Shown here: positions 23,771-36,109 of the stretch, one piece after another
Layout: each line of letters opens with the position of its first letter
Position numbering within the stretch: the stretch's first letter is position 1
Assembly: GCF_964194155.1 (NCBI RefSeq)
Contig: NC_135901.1
Span: forward strand, 26,040,001 to 26,104,000
Reading direction: 5' to 3'
From: Cetorhinus maximus
Lineage: Eukaryota
Length of the DNA: 64,000 bases
Made by a program: the position numbers and the translations under genes
Notes under the pieces: generated by a model
Told to the model about the DNA's origin: nothing
Database searches by the model: none
The model's input: only the letters and a program-made list of their open reading frames with translations

Positions 23771-26379
23771 TTGACACTACAGACAATACAAAGTTAGAAA
23801 GGGAAAGTTATCCTTTAAATTCCCCACATTTTGCCTCTAGTGCCTAAATCTAATAATCAAAACTCCAGCATAAATAACATGTATTTGACTGACAAACGTT
23901 AGTGTTGGTTTACAGCCCGCCACAAGTTTTGAGCTCCCATTTGAGCCTCTGGCTCCTTTCTGTCTCTATTGCTCATGTCAATGATGGAGCTGAGGGCTGA
24001 ATTTAGCTGAGAATAACAGGGTCTGCATCGCAGTTAAGAAACTGCCATGGGTATTGACTAATAGGAAGATGCTGGAAGGCTGACTGGGAAGTGGGCCTCC
24101 AACCAATTGAGGAAGGAGTGGCGGGGCGACTGGGTCTGATGGTGACGTGACCCCTGGGGTTCAGTTCCCCTGATTCCAAAGCGGGGAGTCTTGGGAACAG
24201 CTTACAGAGGAGCTGAAGAGAAACCATTTGGGTCCAGAACATTGTGCAAATCCTTTTACTCTGGTTGTCTTTGATCCTTAAGTAATTTTCTTTTTAACCA
24301 TGTTCTGTTTCATTAATAAACTTTTATCAAAAAAAATATTTGATTTTGCTGGGCTTTACATGATTAGATTTATGCACTTTAGGGAGAGTGGCAGGCTCTT
24401 TAACAGAAAATGAGTCCCTCTAAGGTAAGGGAGCCACAGGGGGAGATGAGATTTTGTTTTTGACACAGCGATGTTAGAAAATGGGGTTCAGGGAGTTAAT
24501 TAACCTTTTGTCCCTCTTTCCCAAACTCTTAAATGAGTCACAGTGATAACAATTATTGGTGATAGTGGCGAGATATTATTCAAATAAGAGCTGACACTTG
24601 CTCATGTCTGAGCAGTAGTATCAAAGTGCAGCAGCATTACCATTACACTCTGGATAGAAGCACCATCTCCACGTAAATGCTCCCTGGTCTGTCCCAGACG
24701 CCATGGCACCAGTCAATGCAACATGTAAAACCTCTACAAATCCCTGAACTCGGGGGATCACTTCTTTTACTTTTATACATTGCAAAGTCTACGGAGACTG
24801 ATTTAACCCAATCATTGCCAAGCTAATATTTGAATGAACCAATTAAAAATCTGTCATTGATCCATCTGTACCCGTCCAAGCCAAATCAAACTCTGAAACA
24901 ATTGATTTCCCCACATTCCATCCCCGGTACAGGGAGTCAGCATTCCCAGGCCAAGCAGTGAAAACATGGTGGCCTTCACACCCAGGTGTCGTCTAAGATT
25001 CAAGGTACTCTTGTTTTCTCTGTCCTCTGGGAGCCTGTTTGTCTCCCTGTTCCCACATAGAACCATAGAAAAGTTATAGCACAGGAGGCCATTCGGCCCA
25101 TCTTGTCCATGCCAGCCCGAGGACACCCAGCAAGTCATTTCTTCTCAGCTCTGCTAGGCTCCTGCCAAAGTTTGGCCCCTTTTACACCTTTCAGATCAAT
25201 AAAACATTTGGTCAATGAAGACCCAAGCCACAATATCCCATCCTGTCACCTATCAACCATCCTTACTCAGAGCGTAATCACAACAGGAATAAAAACAGAA
25301 GCATAAGAATAAAATTAAAAATAAATGCACAGCCAGTTATCGAATTTATTTTATTGTTCACTAATTAGCAAGAAAACCCCAAGCGGGGATCCCCCAGGAT
25401 TCTTACAGCCCACATCTTGAGGGGGAGCAGTACTCTCTCTCTCTGACTCCCTCATTCAATTTCACTCTGTTATTTTCCAGTTCTGTTCTGGCCCCATCTG
25501 GAGTAACATTTACTCAATCTTTTCTTCTCATGAAGGAGCTCCATGAGCTCTATGGTACTAGTACATGAGGAATATCAAAGAGCATCAAGAAGCAACTTAT
25601 CAAGCATGGATGTCAAAGATTCTCCAGCTCTCTCTTTATCCCTATCCAACTTGTGGACAGTTCTTACTGAGTATTATTTCTCCCAAGCCCTTGATTTTCC
25701 CAATCGAAAATTTTTATCCCTTTAACTTTAATTTAATTCATCTTTTGAGTGTGACCAGTGTGCTTAATTCTATCCTGATTGTTTTAAAGTCAGTTTCTCC
25801 ATGGAGTATGAGTCAGTGTCTTAATGATGTCAAAATGTTGTCTCATTTCCCTGGTCACATTAACCATTTCATGTCATGGTGTTTGTCAAGTAGCTGTCCA
25901 TGTTTGGAACCCATTCTTCAGTGCCTTTCACCATGAATTTACACGTTAGTTGCTTCACATGTAACAAATTACATCTGTACACACAAATCGGTATTCCAAT
26001 ATCATGCCACATATTCTGAACTTTCAGGTGTTCTTATTAAAAGATGAAAGTGGGTGTTAATCTCGAGATCTTTGCTTATCTCCCCTGATATGGTGTTGAT
26101 ATTTTAGGTATTAGCCAGGCTATCAAATGTGGTTTTCTTATAAAAAGAATATAAGCAAAGGATACAAATATTTCCAAGATAAAGCTATCAACTTGTTCAT
26201 CTCATCGACACTTCCTTGACTTTCACTAGAATGTATGTGGATACCGGATTGATATATTCCATTGAACAACACCCAAGGTGAGTAATTCCAATTCCTTTAC
26301 TGTCCGGTACAATATTTTCAAAATACCTTTAAATTCCCATTTGATTCCAGGCATTAACATATTCTGTTTGTTCTTTATT

Positions 26380-26800
26380 TTAGATGACAAACTGGGATTG
26401 TTCTCCTTGGCGTAAAGGAGGTTCAGGGGAGATTTGATAGAGGTGTACAAAATTATGACAAGTTTACATAAGGTGGACAAAGAAAAGCTGTTCCCATTAA
26501 CTGAGGTACAAGGAGTGGGGGACATGGATTTAAGCTTTTGGGGAGGAGATGCAGGGGGATTTGAGGTAGAATATTTTACACACTGAGTGGGAATGACCTG
26601 GAACTCACTGCTTATAAGGGCAGTGGAAAAGGAGACAATGAATAATTTCAAAAGGAAATTGGATGGACACTTGAGGGAAATAAACATTCAGGGTAACAGG
26701 GATAGAACAGGGCAATGGGACTGACTAATTTGCTCTGCCAAGAGTCGACATGGACTCGATGGGCTGCATGGCCTCCTTCTCTGCCCTAATGACTCTATGA
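26380..26800 (+). mobile_element. CR1 LINE 3' end
   Basis: LGLFSL..RRFRGDLIEVYKIM segment followed by a CR1-type tail. Confidence 0.7.
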
Positions 26801-27702
26801 TCTAAAGACAGAAATTTCAGCTGCTCCCGTCTCTCCAACTAACTGAAGACCCTCATCTCTGGCGCATTCTCACGATTCTCCTCTGCGCTCTCTCGCATAA
26901 TTTCACATCTTGTCTAAAGTGCGGGGCTCAGATGTAGGGTTCCTTTCTAGAGGGACAGAATTGAAAAGCAGGGAAGTTATATTCAACTTGTTTCGAACCA
27001 TGATTAGACTACACTGGGAGTACTGTCAACATTTTTGATGTCCATTTAGAAAAGGGAAATAGAGGCACTGGAGAAGGGGCAACAAATATTTACAAGAATA
27101 ATACCAGAACTGAGAGCATTTCAACCCTCGGGAAAGTCTGGGGCTGCTTTTCTCTAGAAAAGAGAAGACTGAAGGGTAACCTGATGGGAGTCTTTAAGAT
27201 TATGAAGGGGTTCAATAATCCAATGGGGATTTCATGAGAAACCTCTTTATCCAGTGAGTGGTGACAATGTGGAACTCGCTATCACAGTGACTGGTTGAGG
27301 TGAACAGCATGAATACATTTAAGGGGAAGCTAGATACAAACAAGAGGGAGAAAGGAATAGAAGGATATGCTGATGGGGGAGATGAAGAGGGGTGGGTGGA
27401 GGCTCATGTGGAGCACAAATACTGACATAGACCAATGGAGCCGACTGGTCTAGCCCTGTGCTATAGACTCAATGGGAAAAAAGCAGATGTATTTATTTTA
27501 AATCTACCTGTAGTGGTAGGAACAACACTATTTACTATCCAGGATAAATAAATGTACTTCATCAGCTTTTATGGATCATTTCAGTGGAAAAGTGCTCTCC
27601 CACATTCAAAGAGCATCAGCCCACTGGAAGCAAAGTCATGAGACTGACCAGTCCAGCAGAAAGAAACCCTCTGACCCTCCCAACTTTCATAATGAACATG
27701 GT

Positions 27703-28683
27703 TCAGTTCTGGATGTGATTAACAGCAGCAATAGCAGCAGAATCCAACCTCTGTAAGCACTGGTGAGCTCGCTGGTGTCTTAGCAGGTGTTGTGACTGTG
27801 TGAATCCCTTCCCACACTCGGAGCAGATGAATGGCTTCTCCCCACTGTGAACTCGCTGGTGTGTCACCAGGTTGGATAACCGAGTGAATCCCTTCCCACA
27901 CTGAGAGCAGGGGAACGGCCTCTCCCCAGTGTGAACTCGCTGGTGTGAAAACAGGTTGGATGAATCACTGAATCCCTTCCCGCACACAGAGCAGGTGAAC
28001 GGTCTCTCCCCAGTGTGAATTCGCTGGTGTGTCTGCAGGCTGGATGACTGAGTAAATCCCTTCCCACACACAAAGCACATGAACGGCCTCTCCCCAGTGT
28101 GAACCCGCTGGTGTGAAAATAGGTTGGATGAATCACTGAATCCCTTCCCACACTGAGAGCAAGTGAAAGCCCCCTCCCCACTGTGAACCTGCTGGTGTCT
28201 CAGCAGGTTGGATGAGTGAGGGAACCTCTTCCCACACACAGAGCAGGTGAATGGCCTCTCCGCAGTGTGAACTCGCTGATGTGAATACAGGTTGGATGAC
28301 TGAGCGAATCCTTTCCCACACATGGAGCAAGTGAACGGTCTCTCCCCAGTGTGAACTCGCTGGTGTGTCTGCAGGGTAGATGAATCACTGAAACCCTTCT
28401 CACACAAGGAGCAGGTGAACGGCCTCTCCCCGGTGTGAACTCGCTGGTGTATCAGCAGGTGGGATGACTGAGTGAATCCCTTCCCGCACTCAGCGCAGGT
28501 GAATGGCCTCTCCCCAGTGTGAACTCGCTGGTGTGTCAGCAGTGTGGATAATCGTGTGAATCCCTTCCCACACTCGGAGCAGGTGAACGGCCTCTCCCCA
28601 GTGTGACTGCGTCGATGAATTTCCAGCACAGACGGGGAACGGAATCCTTTCCCGCAATCCCCACATTTCCACGGTTTCTCCAT
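27703..28683 (-). CDS. C2H2 zinc-finger gene ZF6 (11 intact fingers plus C-terminal tail [17 protein letters not shown])
   Basis: Intact 326-aa ORF from MEKPWKC; acceptor TTTTACAG|G at 28940/28941; exon-1 donor GTGAGT at 31008-31003. Confidence 0.88.
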   Translation of the reverse strand: MEKPWKCGDCGKGFRSPSVLEIHRRSHTGERPFTCSECGKGFTRLSTLLTHQRVHTGERPFTCAECGKGFTQSSHLLIHQRVHTGERPFTCSLCEKGFSDSSTLQTHQRVHTGERPFTCSMCGKGFAQSSNLYSHQRVHTAERPFTCSVCGKRFPHSSNLLRHQQVHSGEGAFTCSQCGKGFSDSSNLFSHQRVHTGERPFMCFVCGKGFTQSSSLQTHQRIHTGERPFTCSVCGKGFSDSSNLFSHQRVHTGERPFPCSQCGKGFTRLSNLVTHQRVHSGEKPFICSECGKGFTQSQHLLRHQRAHQCLQRLDSAAIAAVNHIQN

Positions 28684-29239
28684 GGTGCAGGTGTCCTTGT
28701 GTTTTTTCAGGTTATTCCACAGTCGTACAATGGAAAATTCTCACTTGGGTGTGTGTGTCTCAATGCTTTTCCAGTCACACAGATGTTTAAAACTTTTTGA
28801 AGCTGACAGAACAGACCAACATTTCTCCGTCTAGATTCAAAGGCTGATGATATTCAGTTCCCGTGAATTGAGTGACTGTCAGATCTTGACGTGACTTTTG
28901 TATTGAGATTTCTGTTTGCAAATCCTCCCCTTCTAATATCCTGTAAAAGGAGTTCACACATGTCATCAGTCTAGGATAAAAATTCAGAACAGACAATTCT
29001 AATTTCTAAGGAACATTCTTCCCTCCTATGTTCCAAAATGTGTAAATCTCCATCCCACACACTCTCCCTCCTTTCTAACTCTGCATTACCTAATGTACAC
29101 CCTCCCAATTCTCCTGAATGTGGCAAATCATGCTAACTGACAGTTCCACACTCACCGCTTCCTGTTCTGGACGCAGAGGCACGAAAATCTATCACAGGAC
29201 TAAAAATGTGTGTAATATTCAGTACTCTAATACTGATAT

Positions 29240-30003
29240 TGAGATACTGTATTCTACTATGGAGCTGGAGATACAGTACTCTATTGCTGAGTGATACAGT
29301 GCTCTACCACTGAGTTAGAGATACAGTACTCTATTACTGAGCTAGAGATACAACACTCTGATGTTGAGTTAGAGATACAGTACCCTAAAGCTGGTTTAGA
29401 GAGACAATACTCTGCTGAGTTAGAGACACAGTACTCTGATGCTGAGTTACAGATACAGTACTCTGATGCTGAGTTACAGACACAGTACTCTGATGCTGAG
29501 TTACAGACACAGTACTCTGATGCTGAGTTACAGACACAGTACTCTGATGCTGAGTTACAGACACAGTACTCTGATGCTGAGTTACAGATACAGTACTCTG
29601 ATGCTGAGCTAGAGATACAGTACTCTGATGCTGAGCTAGAGATACAGTACTCTGATGCTGAGCTAGAGATACAGTACTCTGATGCTGAGTTACAGACACA
29701 GTACTCTGATGCTGAGTTACAGATACAGTACTCTGATGCTGAGCTAGAGATACAGTACTCTGATGCTGAGCTAGAGATACAGTACTCTGATGCTGAGCTA
29801 GAGATACAGTACTCTGATGCTGAGCTAGAGATACAGTACTCTGATGCTGAGCTAGAGATACAGTACTCTGATGCTGAGCTAGAGATACAGTACTCTGATG
29901 CTGAGCTAGAGATACAGTACTCTGATGCTGAGCTAGAGATACAGTACTCTGATGCTGAGCTCGAGATACAGTACTCTGATGCTGAGCTAGAGTTACAGTA
30001 CTC
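29240..30003. repeat. 27-bp minisatellite (AGAGATACAGTACTCTGATGCTGAGCT)n in the ZF6 intron
   Basis: About 21 near-perfect units from about 29425 to 30003, preceded by degenerate units. Confidence 0.95.
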
Positions 30004-31002
30004 TTAGATTTACTTGGAACTTGCTGCCTACGATGCTGGTAGAAGCAGATATTAACAATGATTTGAGGATGAAATTAGGCATTTGAAGGAAATAAACTTG
30101 CAAGACTATGAGAATCTACAGGGTGAATGGATTGCTTTATGGAGAGTGAGTGAGGACTAAGCTTGCCAACTGTGATGAAATGTATTCCTGGAGGTTTCAC
30201 CACATGATTTACCTCCACGTTCCAGCCGTTAATCAACCAACACAGCCAACCTTGTGGCACACTGCCTTCCTCCAGCAACTGGAAAGCAAAAAGACTCAAT
30301 ATCCACTTGGATGATGCTCAACTGTCAGCCAAGCAGCCTTCCACGCCCTCCCCAGCCACCCAACACCCACCTCCATCCCCACACACATTTTCAATAGTTT
30401 TACATCTGGCAAAGTGAAATGTTCTAAGAAAATTACAAAAAAACCCAATCTTTATTAATTTCCTGATGAATTTTCTCCAGGGTTGCACGCAGCAGTGAAT
30501 TGGAGAATGGTCTTCAATTCCTGGAGACTCCAGGCTAATCTTGGAGAGTTGGCATGGACTCAAATCGCTGAATGCCAAAATGACTCTATGGTTGGAAATA
30601 TAAAATGCTACCACCTAATATATTACAAGAATAGAAATAATAATAAATGTACATGATTAAAGAACCATAAATAATATCTCTAATATGTATGATATAACAA
30701 CACTCAACATAACTCTTCCAATATAATTTACTGTCCCTTAAATGTCAGCCATCTCCTGGGGAAGCCATCCCCTTAGTTATGAACATTAAGAAAGAGGCCA
30801 TCCTTTTAGCCAGACAAATAAATGTGTCGAGCTGAGGGAGCAAAGGATGTCAATGTCTTTAAGAGAGAGAGAGACCTGGGCCAACCTTTCCAGAGTCTGC
30901 ACCCTCCCTGGATTCACTTCCTTTCCCTTCAGTTCCTGCAAATCAACAATTTAAACTCAGAATGAGAAAAGAAATGGAAAGGGGGAGAAAAGAAATGGTT
31001 TT

Positions 31003-31300
31003 ACTCACAGATGTTGGATACAGGAGGAAGTTTCGTCTCTGCGCTGGAGACACAAAGCCTGCGCTCTGATTGGCTAGAGCACCCGGATACTTCCGGTCCT
31101 CCAAGTATTCCCATTGGCCAACATCTCAGCATGATAGTAATGTTGGGGGGAGGGGCTCTCCCTCGCACATGCGCAACTTCCCTCTCCCTTGGACATGCGC
31201 AGTCCCGGGTCGCCCACCGCGCGGCGGATAGAGCGGTTTCACCAGCGCGGGGGATTGTGGGAGCTGGGGCCGCCATTACTCATCCGGATCCCAGTCTCCA
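31003..31300 (-). promoter_or_regulatory. Promoter and exon 1 of ZF6
   Basis: CpG-rich; CCAAT boxes, CCGGAAGT and NRF1-like CGCACATGCGCA; donor at 31008. Confidence 0.65.
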
Positions 31301-31439
31301 AGCTCCTCAGACCTGGATGAAATGTGGGGGTGGGAGGCGCACTGACCCCACACTGACAGAAAGTATATGTGGGTAGTTACTGTATTTTATTGTGACGCCC
31401 CCTTACCCAATCAGTTTGTTAACTTCAAGCGTAAGGATT

Positions 31440-31690
31440 TAGATTTAAATACAAGCAGAAAGTGCTACAGATACGCAGGCCTCTGCTATTAAAGAAAAAT
31501 ATTCCACGTGCTTTTTTAACCACCTTATCTACCTGTGCTGTTACCTTCAGGGATCTGTAGGCATACAATCCAGGGTCCTTCTGTTCCTCTACATTTCTCA
31601 CTATTCTACTATTTGTTCTGTATCCCCTTGCCTTGTTAGCCTTCCCCAAATCAATTACCTCAAAATTCTCTGGATTGAACTCGGGGATTC
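31440..31690 (-). mobile_element. CR1 RT fragment
   Basis: EFNPE..VIDLG..EEQKDPG..SLKVTAQVDKVVKKA. Confidence 0.65.
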
Positions 31691-32656
31691 CCTCCTTAAA
31701 CCTTTCCACCTCTATAAATCAATGTCAGTACTGAGAGAATGCTGCACTGTCTGAGGTTCTGTATTTCGAATGAGAGGTTAAACTGGGGTTCCATCTGCCC
31801 TCTCATAGGTACATAATATATTTATAGCAGAGAAGACCATTCGGTCCATCATGTCTGTGCCATCCAAGAAAGAACAATCCAATCTAACACCACCTTCCAG
31901 CGCCTGGTCTGTACCCCCATAGGTTACATCACCTCAAGTTCATATCCAAGATACTTTGCTGCACATAACTTTGAACCTCCTAATTGTCCTGAAGGAGAGA
32001 TTCATGCTGATCGACAGACCATGGTCAGTGCTTCATGTCCTGGAATTAGAGACCGAAAATGTTTATGGAGGCTGCTAAAATGTTTATGGAGGCTGCTAAA
32101 ATGTAAATGGTTTTAAAATGAAATTGGATGGGCACTTGAAAGAAATAATCATGCAAGGATACAAGAATGTAGAAGACGAATCGGGCTGAGTGGATTGTTC
32201 CACATTGAGTCAGCATGGACTCAAATTGACAACTGGACTCTTTCAGTACGAGAAATATATAACATAGCAACAGTATTACATAATGAGATGAAAAAAGAAC
32301 TTTCTTACAGGACCATAAATTATATATTTAAAATGTACCTTATGACAATATTAAACATATCTCTGTCCTATATTAATTTAATGTCCCCTTAAATATCGGC
32401 CATCTCTTGGGGAAACCATTCCTTTAATTGTAAACAATTAGGAAGGAGCCAGCCTAATTTAGCCAGACAAATAAATGTGTCAAGTTGAAGGAGCAAAGGA
32501 TGTCAATGTCTTTAAGAGAGAGAGAGCGAGACCTCGGCTTACCTTCTCAGAGTCTGGAATCCCTCCCTGGAATCACTTCATTTCCCTTCAGTTCCTGCAG
32601 GTCACCAATTTATCCCCAGAATTAGAAAAGAAATGGAAAGGGAGAAGCATTGATTT

Positions 32657-33030
32657 CCTCACAGATGTTGCCCAGAGGAGGAAGTTTTCGTCTGAAGCTC
32701 ATTGTCCAACTTCCGCATTGTGACGTCCACAATGGAACCCTGCCTGAATCAGCCAATAGGAATCACTCTGATCCGCGGTGACGTCCTCGGGTTCCAGTCT
32801 GCAGGCCAGAGCGCGGACACGGGAGCCCCGCCCCCACCTATTGTTCCCGCTCCGCCGACTCCTCGAGCCAAGGTTTCCAGGCAACCGGCTGACGGCTCCG
32901 GCCAGAGCGAGTAGCCGCTCGGCGAATTCCCCCCTCCCCCCACTGACTACGGCGACTGCTTGGTCCAAACAGAGATCGCTCCAGACAGCTCAGGTCAGCA
33001 GCGCTTTCTGCGCCTGCGTGCTGGGCTGGC
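32657..33030 (-). promoter_or_regulatory. Orphan copy of the ZF5-type promoter and exon 1
   Basis: Close reverse complement of 16830-17240; donor GTGAGG at 32662-32657; intron homology stops at about 31975 with no finger exon. Confidence 0.65.
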
Positions 33031-33059
33031 AGGTGGGGGAAGGGAGTTTAATTTATGTT

Positions 33060-33175
33060 AAAAACAAAAAAACTGCGGATGCTGGAAATCCAAAACAAAA
33101 AATAAAAAATACCTGGAAAAACTCAGCAGGTCTGGCAGCATCGGCGGAGAAGAGTACAGTTGACGTTTCGAGTTT
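33060..33175 (-). mobile_element. Penelope pLTR fragment
   Basis: AACTGCGGATGCTGGAAATCC..AAAACTCAGCAGGTCTGGCAGCATC matches 54730-54850. Confidence 0.7.
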
Positions 33176-33469
33176 ATTTTTTATTTTTAGTTTACTCTAT
33201 GTCTTCCCTTTATTTTCTCCCACGTCATGTTGTTTGATTTTAAATAGCACCACATTTGTTTTTAGCTTCACAAACGAGGATATCAATGGACTGGTCAGGT
33301 GGGCAGAGCAGTAGCAAATGGAATTCAACCCGGAAAAGTTTGAATTAATGCACTTGGGGAGGGCTAACAAGGCAAGGGATTACACTGTGAATGGCAGGAC
33401 CATGGAAAGTACTGAAGGTCAGAGGGACCTTGGTGTGCATACCAGAGGTAACTGTGTGGGAACAGGTAG

Positions 33470-34240
33470 AGAAGCCATTGAAGGTGATCCTCTGGCTGTG
33501 ATTAGATAGATTACAAGGAACCAGGCGAGAGTAGTCCCATCGGCTGGGTGATAGTGGAGAAGTGCAGGAGGATTGTGTGGTCAACCATGTCGAGGCTGCA
33601 GACAGGTCCAGAAGAACAAGGAGGGTTACTTAACCTTTGTCACAGTCACAGAGGATGTCATTTGTGACTTTGAGAAGAGCTGTTTCCGTATTGTGGCAGA
33701 GGCTGAAATCTGCTGGAAGGGATTCAAATACGGACTTCCGGGAATGATGGACAGATAATTAATTGGGAGTCGATAAGATGATCTCGGACTTTGGAGAGGA
33801 ACGGCAGTTTGGAAATGGGGCTTTAGTTTGCAAGGACAGTGGAGACAAGGGTCTGTGTTTTGAGGAGGTGGCGATGGCGGCAGATTTAAACGAAAGCGGG
33901 AAAACAACTGAAGAGAGAGAACTGTTAACAAGATCAATTTACATGGGAATAGGGTCGATGGAGCAGGAGGTGGGTCTCATGGGCAAGATGAGCCCTGAGA
34001 GGGTATGAGGGGAGATGGGAGGGAGCCTAGAGAAAGAGGGACGTTCTTGGATCAGGCCCGGGGGGGTAACTTTAAAGGCAGTTTGTCCCGGTGGGCTAGT
34101 GGAAGGGTGGAAAGCAGCAGAGGCAGCTGATCAGATTGTCTCAATCTTAGTAACAAAGAAGCTCCATGAGCTCCTCACACTTGTTTTTGGAGGTGAGGGA
34201 GGAGGAGACAGGGGAGCGGGAGAGCACTTCAAAAGGAATT
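33470..34240 (-). mobile_element. L2 LINE fragment forming the 3' flank of ZF7
   Basis: Homologous to 655-1120; reverse strand YRLPINYLSII..QQISASATIRKQL resembles L2 RT. Confidence 0.6.
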
Positions 34241-34582
34241 AACTTGTTTCAGAGACATTAAAAAGACTCAACACACTTTGTTTAAGACAAAGCTGATTTA
34301 TTTGGCTTCTATCCAGAATATTAACCACTATAACTATGATGGAGTTTATTAACATCAGCAGAAACAGACCCCAAAGAACATAATTCAATCCTGGATGTGA
34401 TTTACAGCAAAATCCAATCACTCGTGAACTTGCTTGTATCTGAGCAGATTGGTTCAATTAATGAACCCCTCCTTACACTCTGTGCAGGTGAATGGCCTCT
34501 CCCCAGTGTGGATTCACTGGTGTTCAGCGAGTTAAGATGATTTCCTGAACTCAGTCCCGCACTGAGAGCACCTGAATGGTAT

Positions 34583-35545
34583 CTATTCAGCATGAATCTG
34601 TTGATGGGACATGAGTTCCCAGGAGTTTTTATAGCATTTCCTGCAGTCTGGGCATTTAAAAGGTCTCTCCCCAGTGTGAACCTTCTGGTGTCTCTGCAGG
34701 TTGGTTGAACTAATGAATCCCTTCCCACACACGGGGCAGGTGAATGGCCTCTCCCCAGTGTGAACTCGCCGATGCCTCAGCAAGCTGAATGACTGAGTGA
34801 ATCCCTTCCCACATGCTGAGCAGGTGAATGGCCTCTCCCCAGTGTGAACACGTTGGTGGGTCAGCAGGTTGGATGAATTACTGAATCCCATCCCACACTC
34901 GGGACAGGTGAATGGTCTCTCTTCAGTGTGAACTCGCTGGTGTCTCAGCAGGCTGGATGACTGAGTAAATCCTTTCCCGCACTCCGTGCAGATGAACGGC
35001 CTCTCCCCAGTGTGAGTTCTCTGGTGTTCAGTGAGGTCAGATGATCGCCTGAACCCAGTCCCGCAGTGAGAGCACCTGAACGGTCTCTCATCAGTGTGGA
35101 TACGTTGATGGTACATCAATTCACCTGAACTTTTATAGCCCTTCCCGCAGCCCGGACATTTAAATGGTCTCTCCTCAGTGTGAACACGCTGGTGTGCCAT
35201 GAGGTGGCACGTCCGAGTGAATCCCTTTCCACATCTGGTGCAGGTGAACGGCCTCTCCCCAGTGTGAACACACTGGTGCCGAAGCAGGTGGGATGAACGA
35301 GTAAATCCCTTCCCACACTCTGAGCAGGTGAACGGCCTCTCTCCAGTGTGAAAGTGCAAATGAGATTCCAGCTTAACAGGACAATTCAATCGCTTTGCAC
35401 AGTCCTCACATTTCCATGGTTTCTCCGTGGTGCGGGTGTCTTTGTGTCTCTGCAGGTTGGATGAAAAGTTGAAGCTTTGCCCACAGACAGAACATGTGTA
35501 CGGTTTCTCTCCGCTGTGAACGGTGCTTTTTCCTTCCATGTTCAC
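34583..35545 (-). CDS. C2H2 zinc-finger gene ZF7 (MNMEGKS type; 10 fingers, last two lost behind an in-frame TAG)
   Basis: 320-aa ORF; acceptor TTTCACAG|G at 35649/35650; decayed fingers continue to about 34420. Confidence 0.75.
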   Translation of the reverse strand: MNMEGKSTVHSGEKPYTCSVCGQSFNFSSNLQRHKDTRTTEKPWKCEDCAKRLNCPVKLESHLHFHTGERPFTCSECGKGFTRSSHLLRHQCVHTGERPFTCTRCGKGFTRTCHLMAHQRVHTEERPFKCPGCGKGYKSSGELMYHQRIHTDERPFRCSHCGTGFRRSSDLTEHQRTHTGERPFICTECGKGFTQSSSLLRHQRVHTEERPFTCPECGMGFSNSSNLLTHQRVHTGERPFTCSACGKGFTQSFSLLRHRRVHTGERPFTCPVCGKGFISSTNLQRHQKVHTGERPFKCPDCRKCYKNSWELMSHQQIHAE

Positions 35546-36109
35546 TATCTGATGATGATATTCAGATTGCGATAAACTGGGAGACTGTCAGATCCTGACA
35601 TGATGTTTAGTTTGAGTTTCCCGACTGCAAATCCTCCTCTTCTAATACCCTGTGAAATTGATGTAAAACAGAAAAAAGGGAGTGAGAGAGAACCCACAAA
35701 AACACAAAGGCAGGTTGTGAAATTGAGCTGAATGAATCTGGTAATTTGTGGGGCCAGGACTAGGAAAAAATGACCATGAAAACTGCTGGATTGTCATAAA
35801 AACCCAACTGGTTCACTAATGTCCTTCAGGGAAGGGAACAGGCCTCCCAGTCTGGGCCTACACAAGGTTCTGGCCTCTATAGGGGGAGAGATGAGAGAGA
35901 GAGAGAGAGATGGCAGAGTGAGGGGGGTAAAGGAGAGTGATTTTATGTATCCACAACTCAACCAGAACTTCCCAAACCCTCAACCCAGAAGGGCCAAGGG
36001 AGCAGGTGTATGTGGATTGTTGTAAACCTAACTCATTCACTAACGTCTTTCAGGGAAGGTAACCTGCCACCTGGTCTGCATCACCTCCAACTCCAAGTTC
36101 CCCTCCAAT

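Noticed and set aside
21900-26370. Possible LTR or ERV remnants in the ZF5-ZF6 spacer
   Set aside because: LTR-like composition in places, but no termini, TSD or protein motif could be established.
29425-30003. CRISPR-like array
   Set aside because: Units are contiguous with no unique spacers, and the context is eukaryotic.
29291-30007. 238-aa ORF of (ELEIQYSDA)n
   Set aside because: A by-product of a stop-free 27-bp minisatellite; GTG start, intronic and antisense to ZF6.
32057-32103. 21-bp tandem duplication
   Set aside because: Simple slippage within a decayed CR1 tail.
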